Part shown: positions 19,228-28,242 of the stretch, piece after piece
Layout: each line of letters starts with the position of its first letter
Numbering within the stretch: position 1 is the stretch's first letter
NCBI GenBank assembly: GCA_047601445.1
Contig: JASGJH010000001.1
Coordinates: 3,808,001 to 3,872,000, forward strand
Direction of reading: 5' to 3'
Length of the DNA stretch: 64,000 nt
DNA from: Myxococcales bacterium
GTDB lineage: Bacteria; Myxococcota_A; Polyangia; Polyangiales; DASUME01
Notes under the pieces: model-generated
The model's input: only the letters and a program-made list of their open reading frames with translations
Database searches by the model: none
Told to the model about the DNA's origin: nothing
Translations under genes and position numbers: made by a program

Positions 19228-20064
19228 ATGACAATCCGTCACGCCCCGCTCGCCGCTCTGTTGTGCTGCGCCGTGGCCTTCGCTTGCGGAGACGACGAGC
19301 ACGGCAACGCCGGCGGCGCGGACTCCGGTGTGCCGAGCGAAGACGCCGCTGCCGACGCGAGAGCCCCGGAACAGGGCCCCCATGATGCGAGCGCCGACAC
19401 GGGAGGGGACGACGTCGTGCCCGCACAGCCCAAGGCGCGGCGCGGCCGGATGGACCACGTGGACACGCCTCCGCTCCACGAGGTACCCCAGGCCTGCGAG
19501 CTTCTCGAAGCGTGCGATGACGGTCGCGCCCTGGTCGGTAAGATCGACAAGAACTCGATCGTCTGGGAGTCCCCGAACATCGTCTTCTTCCTCGACGCCT
19601 ACGTGATCACGGCCAAACGCAGCGGCTCGCTGAGCGTCGCCTCCAGCGTGCAAGCCATCGGCGACGCCTACGAGTACGGCTACGGCTATCCGCTCAGCGC
19701 CCAGGCCGTCGCCAGCACCGAAGGCTTGCCGACCCTCAGCTCCAAGCTGCCGCTGGTGGTCAGCACGGACAGCTACGAGACCGCCCTCGACGACGGCAAG
19801 GCCAGCATCAGCTTCCACGTCGACGCCGGACAGCAGTACCTGGTGATCTTCAAACAGCTGGTGGGCCCGTCGCGCGACACGAACCGGGCCTGGAACTACA
19901 CGCTGAGCTTCTGCGGCGCCGACTTGTCCATGGTGGGTCGCCTGTGGGTGACCTCGGACCAACAGGACACGGTGCCAGTGGAACCGCTGGTAGAGCCACT
20001 CTCCGAGGCGAGTGCGCCCGGAACCATGGGGCGCTTGGTAGAGGAGCTGGAAGTCTCGCCCTAG
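19228..20064 (+). CDS. Hypothetical lipoprotein
   Basis: GAGGAG RBS; MTIRHAPLAALLCCAVAFA-C lipobox; acidic linker. Confidence 0.75.
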   Translation: MTIRHAPLAALLCCAVAFACGDDEHGNAGGADSGVPSEDAAADARAPEQGPHDASADTGGDDVVPAQPKARRGRMDHVDTPPLHEVPQACELLEACDDGRALVGKIDKNSIVWESPNIVFFLDAYVITAKRSGSLSVASSVQAIGDAYEYGYGYPLSAQAVASTEGLPTLSSKLPLVVSTDSYETALDDGKASISFHVDAGQQYLVIFKQLVGPSRDTNRAWNYTLSFCGADLSMVGRLWVTSDQQDTVPVEPLVEPLSEASAPGTMGRLVEELEVSP

Positions 20065-20079
20065 CGCCCGCGCCCGCCC

Positions 20080-21156
20080 TCACCGAACCGCGCGCACGCT
20101 CAAGATGGCTTGCTGCACGCGAGGCCAGCCGAGCGCACCGTGCGTACAAACCGCGTGGGGCTCCACCAGCCGGCGCGCGTCGTCGACAGCGTTGAAGAAG
20201 CCCATGGCGCAGCTCTGGTGCACGCGCGCCAGGTTGCACACGGCATTGATGGTCGAGACCAGAATCTCCGGGGCTCCGATGTTCTCGATCAGGTCGGCCA
20301 CGGCCACCACGTCCAGACGAGTCGCCTTGACCTCCTCGAGCAGCACCTTGCGCTCGCGGGCGTTGGGGAACGCCACGTCGGCTTCGGCGTCATTGATTAA
20401 CACCACGGGGCGAGCGAGCCTTCGCGCAGCGCGCGTGATGTAGCCCCCGAGGTCGACGGCGGTGCGCTCGTGCATGCGCGCGCGCCATCGCGTGATCAGC
20501 ACATTGCCCACACGAGCGTGTACGTACTCGGGGCCGCTGTGATAGTGCACGAGCTGCCCCGCATCGGCGGCGAGCTCGAGCTCTTCCGAGATGGGCCCCT
20601 GGCCGACCGCACGGGGCGGCGCGATCTCGCGCCTCGGGACGCCGACCAAGTTCACGCGTCGCTGGATGCGCAGCAAATCGCGCAGGGCGGATCGATAGCG
20701 CGAATAGGTCGTGGGCTCCGGCTCCCCCACCACGGACGCCACCACGCGCATGGGCATCTCCCCGCTGCCGTAGAGCGAGAGCAGATCAACCTGCTCTTCC
20801 CCGAGTTCGCTGAGGGCCGCGTCGCTCTCGGCTTCCTCGTCCTGGCGGCGCAGCTGCTCCAGCTGTGGTGGTTCCGAAGGCACGAGCGGCTCGATCTCGC
20901 CATCGACCAGGATGAGACGCTCGTGCTGGCGGCGCTCCCGCGCAGCGATGCGACGGCAGACTTCGCGCAGCCAGGCGAGACGCGCACGGTCATCCGCGAA
21001 GCTCGGGGCCTGATCGAGCGCCAACATCCACACTTGTTGGCTCAAATCGTCGAGGCTCGCGTGCGGCGCACCGAAGCGCCGCAACTGCCAGCGCACGAAG
21101 TTGCGATGCACGAAGAGTCCAGGGTCTTGCTGGTCGATCGCTCGCGGTAACGGCAT
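20080..21156 (-). CDS. ECF sigma factor with long C-terminal extension
   Basis: LRRFGA...DDLSQQVW...AWL sigma2; VASVVGEPEPTTYSRY sigma4; about 190 aa extra C-terminal region. Confidence 0.7.
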   Translation of the reverse strand: MPLPRAIDQQDPGLFVHRNFVRWQLRRFGAPHASLDDLSQQVWMLALDQAPSFADDRARLAWLREVCRRIAARERRQHERLILVDGEIEPLVPSEPPQLEQLRRQDEEAESDAALSELGEEQVDLLSLYGSGEMPMRVVASVVGEPEPTTYSRYRSALRDLLRIQRRVNLVGVPRREIAPPRAVGQGPISEELELAADAGQLVHYHSGPEYVHARVGNVLITRWRARMHERTAVDLGGYITRAARRLARPVVLINDAEADVAFPNARERKVLLEEVKATRLDVVAVADLIENIGAPEILVSTINAVCNLARVHQSCAMGFFNAVDDARRLVEPHAVCTHGALGWPRVQQAILSVRAVR

Positions 21157-21378
21157 GCGGGCCAGATCGATTTACCTCGAAAATCGCGCGCCAGGTAGGC
21201 CTTTCCACGCGGCGTGCTCGAACTCGAGGTGCGCTCGAGTGCCTCGAACAGTCTTCGAGCAAAAGCACTACACGCGAGGCCACCAGTTTCGGTCATGGCG
21301 CTGCGCAAACCGTCCCCACCCACGCTCGTACGGACACGTGGATGGGGAAACCAACCCGGTGAGCGCGCCCATTCGCGC

Positions 21379-24162
21379 TCACAGAGACATCAGATAGAGC
21401 ACCAGGTCATCCATTTCGCCCGCATTGGCGGCACACCACGGGTGCGGCGCCGCGGGCATGCCGATGGGTTCCGCGCTGCCGATCTCCCAGGGGCCGTACT
21501 CCTTGCGCATCTTCTGGAAGTCCCAGTAGTACGCCGTCGGATCCCAGGGCACCTTGCTGAAGTAGCGATAGCGTTCGACGTGCGCGTTGCGCTGTTTGCC
21601 CACGTCGCTGCTCACATCGGAGCGGATCACGCGGAACACGTCGCCGCGCGCGTTCTCGTTGGGGAGCGTAGCCGGGAAGTCCGGACCCGCCGCGGGCATG
21701 AAGGCAGTCGGCGGGTGAATGGTGTAGTAGCGCTTGTAGAGGTCCGAGCCTTCGCGGCAGCGGTCGGGGTGAACCAACTCCTCGATGTTGCGCACGTGCC
21801 CATCGCTCAAGAGCCCGCGGTGCTGCGTGAAGTAGAGGTCGCGCAGGAACGTGGCGCGGATCGATTGCACCTCCTTCTGATAGATGGTGGGTTCGAAGAA
21901 GCGCCCCACCTGGGAGAGCGGGATCATGCGCTCGTTGCTGAAGCTGCCGGTACCGTCGCCGTGACAGCTCGCACAGCGCTCCACGAAGGTCTGCTTGCCC
22001 TGGTCGAGACGCGTAGCGAGCGCGGGAAAGCTGCGTGCTCCCTTCTGTACGAACTCGCCCTCGCTCTTGACGCCGTGCAGCGCGCTCAACTTCTTGTACT
22101 TGAGCCAACGGTAGAGCCCCACCGACCTCAGGTCATCGTCGTTGGCGTCGAGCTGTCCCATGTAGGCCGTGAGCGCCTTGAGGGACGCCGCGTCCATGGA
22201 GCCCATCGCCCCGTCTGGCTCCTCCGAGTGGATGTACGAGCCCTCGAAGCCCACGTAGGACTCGGTGTGACCCAGCGAGCGCCGGATCGGCAGGTAGTAG
22301 GTCACGTTGGGGATCGCGATGGGAGAGAAGTCGTAGTCGTTGTCGGTGTGACTGCCCTCTCCGTTGATGCGGATCAAGTTGTGTTCGCCGGTGCCCGGCG
22401 GCATCGCGTAGGCGATGGTGGTCTTGTCGATGCGCTGCGTGCCCTGGGCCCAGAGCGGCCCGGGTTCGTCGGCGACCACACCCTTGAAGTTGCCCAACAG
22501 CGACCACTTCATGCTCCAGCGCGGGTTGGGCAGCCCGGGGATCACGCGCGTGATCTGCTGGCCCGGCGCGTTCTCGTAGCTGATGCGATAGCTGTGGCAG
22601 GAAGCACAGTTGAAGCCGATCCACTTGCCGGGTCCCGTGTAGGGATTGACCATCTCAGCATAGCGGTAGCCCACGTAGCCGGAGCTCGACGTGTTGCCCT
22701 TGGCATTCTGGGCGCCGAGCGTGAGGAAGCCCGGGATGGGGCTCTTCATCGGATACGGATCGAAGTACACGTCCTTGATGGCCTCGTCGGGGACCTCCCC
22801 TGCCACCGTGGGATAGGCGCCGAACAACAGCCTGGGATCGGCGGTCTGACCGGTGATGGGGTCCTTGGTCTTGCCCGCGAACATCGCGGTCCAGTCGAGG
22901 CCACGCAGCGCGTGGGCGAGCCCGATGTTGTAGTCGTAGGACCAGAAGATCTCGCGTCCCTTCTTGACCAGGCCCACGAGCCCGGAGTTGTCGACGCTGA
23001 CGGGAATGCGATTGGACACGCGCGCCGCAGAGAGCGTGCTCACCACGTCGCAGCGATACTTGAACGCCGGGTCTTCGACGCGTAGCTGCTGCGTGTCGAG
23101 CACGGCGTGCAGCTCGCCTGGCCGGAGCAGCGAGCCGTTGGCGCCGGTGCGCTTCTGGACCTGCACCATGATCGGCCCGCGCGAGGCGTGACTAGGCACG
23201 CGGAACTCGATGCGGGTATCGCTCCAGGAGAGAATGTCCTTGGGCCACGTGCTGTGCGTCTTGCTGGTCTCGTGATGGACCTGCGTGGAGATGTTGAGCA
23301 CCTGTTCGTACATGAAGAGATCGCTCTCGAGGATGCGCGTGTGGCCGAGCAAGAGCTTCGAGAAATCCACGTCGGTGCCGGCGCCGAAGCCCTGACCATC
23401 GAGCGTCACGCGATCCCCGGTCTTGAGCACTGGAGCGGCCGAGGAGCCGGTCGTCCAAGCCGCTTTGCCGTTGACGCTCACCTGCGTGATGAGCGGCGTC
23501 GCCTCGCTGCGGGCGGATTCGGCGCGCTTGGCCTCGAGCACCGGATCGGCGTCGCAATAGCGCTGAATGCAGGAGTCATCGTGGAACGAGCAGGCCTCGC
23601 TGTCCGGGGAACACGCCACGTTGCATTTCTTCTGGCCGCGCGTGCAGGTTTGCAGTGCCGCGGCGCGACCGAGCGCGCTCGAGGCGTTGGTCAGCGCCGA
23701 GCTCACGTTCGACTCGCCGGTCTTGCCGGCGGCCTTCTCGAACTCCGCCTTGCACGCACCGGTAGCCCCGAACAAGCAGCCGAACGGGCTTGTCCCGCAA
23801 TAGCACTGCATGCCGCTGCAGCCGCTCGCGTGCATGCAAGCCACGGCCGCGCTGCACGCAGTGTCACCCGCGCAGCCCTCGGCCTCGCTCTCACAGCGTC
23901 CGCAGGCACAGCTCGCGCACAGTGCGTTCGAGCCCGCGCTGGCGAGCCCCGTCTGGCACGCGTTGGGAGCCAAATCGACCGCCAGGTCGGTGCCGAGTAC
24001 GTCGACGTTGCTGGTGGTGGGCAACTGGTCGAAGTCCTCCGAATCGTCGTCTTCCTCACGCTCCGCGCCCTGATCGGGCTCCGTGGCGGGCGCTCGATCG
24101 CACGCCCCCAGTGTCCCCAAGCATCCAAACAGCACCGCCAGCAAGCGAAGATGTCTCGCCAT
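21379..24162 (-). CDS. Large di-haem c-type cytochrome lipoprotein with Cys-rich and Ig/IPT-like N-terminal domains
   Basis: GGAGG RBS; lipobox LGA-C; two CASCH motifs; VTLDGQGFG...ILSWSDTRIEFRVP IPT-like segment. Confidence 0.75.
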   Translation of the reverse strand: MARHLRLLAVLFGCLGTLGACDRAPATEPDQGAEREEDDDSEDFDQLPTTSNVDVLGTDLAVDLAPNACQTGLASAGSNALCASCACGRCESEAEGCAGDTACSAAVACMHASGCSGMQCYCGTSPFGCLFGATGACKAEFEKAAGKTGESNVSSALTNASSALGRAAALQTCTRGQKKCNVACSPDSEACSFHDDSCIQRYCDADPVLEAKRAESARSEATPLITQVSVNGKAAWTTGSSAAPVLKTGDRVTLDGQGFGAGTDVDFSKLLLGHTRILESDLFMYEQVLNISTQVHHETSKTHSTWPKDILSWSDTRIEFRVPSHASRGPIMVQVQKRTGANGSLLRPGELHAVLDTQQLRVEDPAFKYRCDVVSTLSAARVSNRIPVSVDNSGLVGLVKKGREIFWSYDYNIGLAHALRGLDWTAMFAGKTKDPITGQTADPRLLFGAYPTVAGEVPDEAIKDVYFDPYPMKSPIPGFLTLGAQNAKGNTSSSGYVGYRYAEMVNPYTGPGKWIGFNCASCHSYRISYENAPGQQITRVIPGLPNPRWSMKWSLLGNFKGVVADEPGPLWAQGTQRIDKTTIAYAMPPGTGEHNLIRINGEGSHTDNDYDFSPIAIPNVTYYLPIRRSLGHTESYVGFEGSYIHSEEPDGAMGSMDAASLKALTAYMGQLDANDDDLRSVGLYRWLKYKKLSALHGVKSEGEFVQKGARSFPALATRLDQGKQTFVERCASCHGDGTGSFSNERMIPLSQVGRFFEPTIYQKEVQSIRATFLRDLYFTQHRGLLSDGHVRNIEELVHPDRCREGSDLYKRYYTIHPPTAFMPAAGPDFPATLPNENARGDVFRVIRSDVSSDVGKQRNAHVERYRYFSKVPWDPTAYYWDFQKMRKEYGPWEIGSAEPIGMPAAPHPWCAANAGEMDDLVLYLMSL

Positions 24163-24313
24163 GTCGCCTCCAAGAGTGCGCCCAACATAGAGGCCCCATG
24201 GCGCGCGCCTGTAGGACGCAACTGACGACTCTCTTGACGAGAGTGTCCGCCGCGAACGCCCATGAGCCGATTCGTTCAAGCCCGATGAGCCGGGGCCGTG
24301 GCATCCCAGCGTC

Positions 24314-25327
24314 ATGGCCGTATCCGTGATCCTCGTGCGTGCACTGGTGGAGGCGCTCGCCCGCCGTGGCATCCCCGGCGAAGAGCTCCTGGTGCGCGCG
24401 AATCTCGCCCCCAACTTGCTCGAGGCGCCGTGGGGTCGCATCGAGATGCACGAGTACGAGCGCGCCGCCGAAATCGCACTGGATCTCTCGGGTGATCCCG
24501 CGCTTGGCCTGCACATGGGGGAGCACGCGTCGCCGGCCGCGCTCGGGCTCGCGGGTCAGCTCGCCACCAACTGCCACACGCTGCGCGACTGCATCGACGT
24601 GCTCTTGACCTATTACCCCTTGATCATCGACTTCGCGCCTCCGGTGCTCAGTCAAGGCGCGAAGCTCTCCAGGCTACGCTATCCCTTTCAACACTCCACC
24701 GAGCGCTTGCGTCGCCTGTGCGCCGAGTTCGGGCTCGCGCGTTTCGTGTTGTTCGCGCGTGCCTTCGCGGGGCCCGCGGTAGAAGACGTCGAGGTCTGGT
24801 TCGAGCACAAGGCACCCGAATACGCCGCGGAGTACCTGCGCGTGTTCGGCGGGCCGGTGCGCTGCGAGATGTCCGAGACCGCGCTCGTGTTCCCGAGCAG
24901 TTTGCTCGAGGCTCGCCAGTTCCACTGGGATCCAGTCCTGCATCAGGTGCTGCGCAACGAGGCCGATCGCGCCCTGGCGAACATGCACGCGCAGCCCACC
25001 GCGGAGCGGCTGCGCTCCTCCCTGCTCGCGCAGCGGCCCTGGAAGCGCGCCGGCCTGTCGGACGCAGCACGCTGGCTCGGCATCACGGTACGTGGACTGC
25101 GCAGGCAGCTCCTGCTGGAGGGCACGTCGTTTCGCGCCATCCTGGACGACGCCCAGCGCCAGCGCGCCCTCATCCTCGGCAAGGATCCCATGCGCTCCAC
25201 GGAGTCGATCGCCGAGGAGCTCGGCTACTCGGAGCTGAGTTCCTACTGCCGTGCGTTCAAGCGCTGGACCGGCAGCACACCGCAGCACTACAGGACGCGG
25301 TTCGCCGACCACTGCGAGGGTGCATAG
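24314..25327 (+). CDS. AraC family regulator (OruR/VqsM-like)
   Basis: GDPALGLHMG N-domain; LRRQLLLEGTSF; IAEELGYSELSSYCRAFKRWTG. Confidence 0.9.
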   Translation: MAVSVILVRALVEALARRGIPGEELLVRANLAPNLLEAPWGRIEMHEYERAAEIALDLSGDPALGLHMGEHASPAALGLAGQLATNCHTLRDCIDVLLTYYPLIIDFAPPVLSQGAKLSRLRYPFQHSTERLRRLCAEFGLARFVLFARAFAGPAVEDVEVWFEHKAPEYAAEYLRVFGGPVRCEMSETALVFPSSLLEARQFHWDPVLHQVLRNEADRALANMHAQPTAERLRSSLLAQRPWKRAGLSDAARWLGITVRGLRRQLLLEGTSFRAILDDAQRQRALILGKDPMRSTESIAEELGYSELSSYCRAFKRWTGSTPQHYRTRFADHCEGA

Positions 25328-25460
25328 GCAATCCTTCGCTCCCCATCCTGGGCCGTCACAGTTTCGCCATGACACTGCAAAGGCCGCTGCGGCGCATCCC
25401 CTGCGGGGCCAGCCACGGGCCTGGCGATCGCCGCCATGAGCCGCGCTCGATGACCCGATG

Positions 25461-25482
25461 AGGCCCGCCGTGCGGCCTTTTT
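25461..25482 (+). terminator. Putative intrinsic terminator
   Basis: AGGCC..GC-cgt-GCGGCCT hairpin followed by a T-run. Confidence 0.4.
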
Positions 25483-25563
25483 GTTGGCCAAACCACGGCA
25501 ATCTCCCTTGCCGGACTCACTTTTTTTCAGGAATCGGGCTCCCGACCCGCATTCCACCTACAA

Positions 25564-25941
25564 ATGCAAAGTGTCGAGCCGGAACACGTGTGTCGAATCC
25601 TGGTGGTGGACGATGAGCCCATGCTGAGGGATCTGTGCAGTGCCCTCCTGGCCGATTGGGGCTACGACCCGATGGAGGCGCAGGATGGCCTCGACGCGCT
25701 CGAGAAGCTCGAGGAGACGCCGGTCGACGCCGTCCTGCTGGACGTGAACATGCCTCGCCTGCGCGGAGATGCGCTGCTCGCCAGGCTACGCGAAGAGCGC
25801 CCTCAGCTACCCGTCATCATCATGAGCAGCGAAGCCGACAGCGTGCGTGAGAACGTGCTCGGGCTCGGAGCCAGTAGCTTCCTCGTCAAGCCCTTCCGGC
25901 CCAGCCAGCTCAAGGACCACATCAAGCACGCGCTGCAGTGA
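25564..25941 (+). CDS. Single-domain response regulator
   Basis: RILVVDDE, VLLDVNMP, KPF. Confidence 0.9.
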   Translation: MQSVEPEHVCRILVVDDEPMLRDLCSALLADWGYDPMEAQDGLDALEKLEETPVDAVLLDVNMPRLRGDALLARLREERPQLPVIIMSSEADSVRENVLGLGASSFLVKPFRPSQLKDHIKHALQ

Positions 25942-25992
25942 TCGACGGCAGCCCCTGACCTCGCTTCGGAGGACCTTTCCTGCGCTCACGCG

Positions 25993-26565
25993 TCAGGACT
26001 TGACGTTGCCCTCGCAGTGATGCCCCTGGGCCAGCTCGTCCTCGACCAGCCGACCGTCTTTGTTGGCGTCCAGCTTGGCGAACTTCGCACGCACCTTGGC
26101 GAGGACCTCGGCCTGGCTGCGGGGCGCGTCCGGGACCTGTGCAGCGGCCTGTCCATGGGCTGCCCTGGCCTCGGCATGCTTGGCCTTGAAGAAGCTCTTC
26201 ATCTCGTTCTGGTTCAGGCCTCCGCTTTTGTCCGTGTCGATCTTGTGAAACAGCGCTGCGGGCATGCGCTCGAGCTCGGCGCGCTCGAGCACGCCGTCGT
26301 GGTTGATGTCCTGCTCTGCGAAGCGGGCCTTGCCTTGACGCTCGCGCTGGGCACTGCGTTCCTCGGGCGAGACCTTGCCATCGTGATTGGCATCGGCTTC
26401 GGCGAACTTGGCCAGGGCGTGCGCCTCGAACTCCTGCATGCTGACCACGCCGTCGTGGTTCTGATCGAGCAGGCCGAAGCGTTCGCCGCCCTGGGCCCGT
26501 GCCAGCGCCGACATGCCGAGAACCGCCCCCAAACTGGATACGATAATTAGATTGCGCTTCGACAT
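25993..26565 (-). CDS. Secreted EF-hand repeat protein
   Basis: Signal peptide; five loops: DQNHDGVVS, DANHDGKVS, DINHDGVLE, DTDKSGGLN, DANKDGRLV. Confidence 0.88.
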   Translation of the reverse strand: MSKRNLIIVSSLGAVLGMSALARAQGGERFGLLDQNHDGVVSMQEFEAHALAKFAEADANHDGKVSPEERSAQRERQGKARFAEQDINHDGVLERAELERMPAALFHKIDTDKSGGLNQNEMKSFFKAKHAEARAAHGQAAAQVPDAPRSQAEVLAKVRAKFAKLDANKDGRLVEDELAQGHHCEGNVKS

Positions 26566-26817
26566 CGAATGCTCCTCCTCGTGGCTGCGGGCCGTGTTTC
26601 GAATCCAACGAGCGAACCCACTCAATCCGTCGCCCTAGAGCGCATTTTTTGCGCCCCTGGTGAGGACGGCGCGAACCCGCCCGCAGATCCCGCCGAGCGC
26701 CGCTCACGCACTGCGCCCAGCGCCGATGGCCTTGCCAGCTCAAAAGCGGGACTTCTCTCAATCAGTGGGTCTCGACGGATCGAACGCACAGATCATCCGA
26801 ACGCGCGCGAGGTCACG

Positions 26818-27948
26818 GTGGCGGATCAGACTGACTTGTACGATGAACTGGGCCTGGCCCGCGGCGCGAGCGAGGACGAAATCCGGCGCGCGTACCGCAA
26901 GCTGGCGCGCCAGCACCATCCGGACGTCAACCCGGGCAAACCGGAAGCGGAGGAGAAGTTCAAGCGCGTCGCGGCTGCCTATGATGTGCTCTCCAACAAG
27001 GAGAAGCGCGCGCTGTACGACGAGTTCGGCAGCGATGGCTTGCGCGGCGGCTTCGATCCCGAGCAAGCCCGCGCCTATCGGCGCTACCAGGAAGGACGTA
27101 GCGCTGCGGGCTCGGGCTCGGGCCAGGAGGTCCCCTTCGATTTCGATTTGGGCGACCTGTTCGGAGCACGCGCAGCCAGGGGAGGAGGAGCGCCGCGCAG
27201 CCATGACTTCGCGATGGCGGGCGAGGACCTCCGGGCGATGGTGGAGCTGGATTTCAAGACCGCGTTGGAAGGCAAGGAAGTCGAGCTCAAGCTGCCCGTG
27301 GAGGGGCCCTGCGAAACCTGCGCGGGTTCGGGCGCAGCCCCGGGCTCCCATCCCGAGACTTGCCCCGAGTGTTCGGGACAGGGTCGCGTGCAAGTGGTGC
27401 GCGGGCCCATGAAGTTCATGAGCACCTGCCCACGCTGCGGCGGCGACGGCAAGATCCACGCGCCCTGCGGCACCTGTCACGGCAGCGGCGTGGTGGCCTT
27501 CACGCGCGACATCAAAGTGCGCTTGCCGCCGGGAGTCGACGACGGCTCCGAGCTGCGCGTGCGCGGCAAGGGCGGCCCGGGCTACCACGGAGGCCCTGAC
27601 GGCGATCTGCTGCTGCTCACGCGGGTCAAGCCCCATCCGCACTTCCGACGCGAGGGACTCGACTTGTATCTCTCGCTACCGGTGACGTTGTCGGAGGCCT
27701 ACTCGGGGACCTCGCTATCGGTGCCCACGCCGACTGGACCCGTGCAGATGAAGGTGCCCGCCCACAGTCAGCAGGGCGCTCGCCTGCGCCTCAAGGGCAA
27801 GGGCGTGAAGCGCGGACAGGAGCTGGGCGACCTCTACGTGGAGCTCCACGTGAAGCTGCCCGAGCAGGCCGACGACGCGCTCTCGGAGGCACTCAAGGCG
27901 AGCGATGCGCTCTACACGCAACCCGTACGTGAGGGGATCACGCTATGA
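26818..27948 (+). CDS. DnaJ-family chaperone with zinc-finger domain
   Basis: J domain with HPD; four CxxCxGxG motifs; DnaJ C-terminal domain; GTG start after GAGG. Confidence 0.92.
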   Translation: MADQTDLYDELGLARGASEDEIRRAYRKLARQHHPDVNPGKPEAEEKFKRVAAAYDVLSNKEKRALYDEFGSDGLRGGFDPEQARAYRRYQEGRSAAGSGSGQEVPFDFDLGDLFGARAARGGGAPRSHDFAMAGEDLRAMVELDFKTALEGKEVELKLPVEGPCETCAGSGAAPGSHPETCPECSGQGRVQVVRGPMKFMSTCPRCGGDGKIHAPCGTCHGSGVVAFTRDIKVRLPPGVDDGSELRVRGKGGPGYHGGPDGDLLLLTRVKPHPHFRREGLDLYLSLPVTLSEAYSGTSLSVPTPTGPVQMKVPAHSQQGARLRLKGKGVKRGQELGDLYVELHVKLPEQADDALSEALKASDALYTQPVREGITL

Positions 27949-28220
27949 GCGACCCACGCTTCAGCCGCGCCGCGCTGCTCGCCCTGATCGAAGGCAACCA
28001 GAGCCTGTACGATCAGCTGCGTGAAGCCGGCTTCTTGCCCGCAGGAGAGGACGCGATCGGCCCCGAACACCTCGAGACCGCGCGCGTGGCCTACACCTTG
28101 ACCAGGGAGCTCGAGGTGAACTGGGAGGGCACCGAGATCGTGCTGCGCATGCGCTCCGAGCTGATCGCATCGCGTCGTCAGGTGGCCGAGCTGCTCGCGC
28201 TGCTGAACAAGAAGGCGTGA
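27945..28220 (+). CDS. CbpM-like chaperone modulator
   Basis: ATGA overlap with the J protein; LTRELEVNWEGTEIVLRMR resembles the CbpM MerR-like motif. Confidence 0.75.
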   Translation: MSDPRFSRAALLALIEGNQSLYDQLREAGFLPAGEDAIGPEHLETARVAYTLTRELEVNWEGTEIVLRMRSELIASRRQVAELLALLNKKA

Positions 28221-28242
28221 GCGAGCTCGACCTTGGCATGCC

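Noticed and set aside
24163..24516. N-terminal extension of the 1045-aa ORF
   Set aside because: It overlaps the AraC gene; the RBS and signal peptide indicate a start at 24162.
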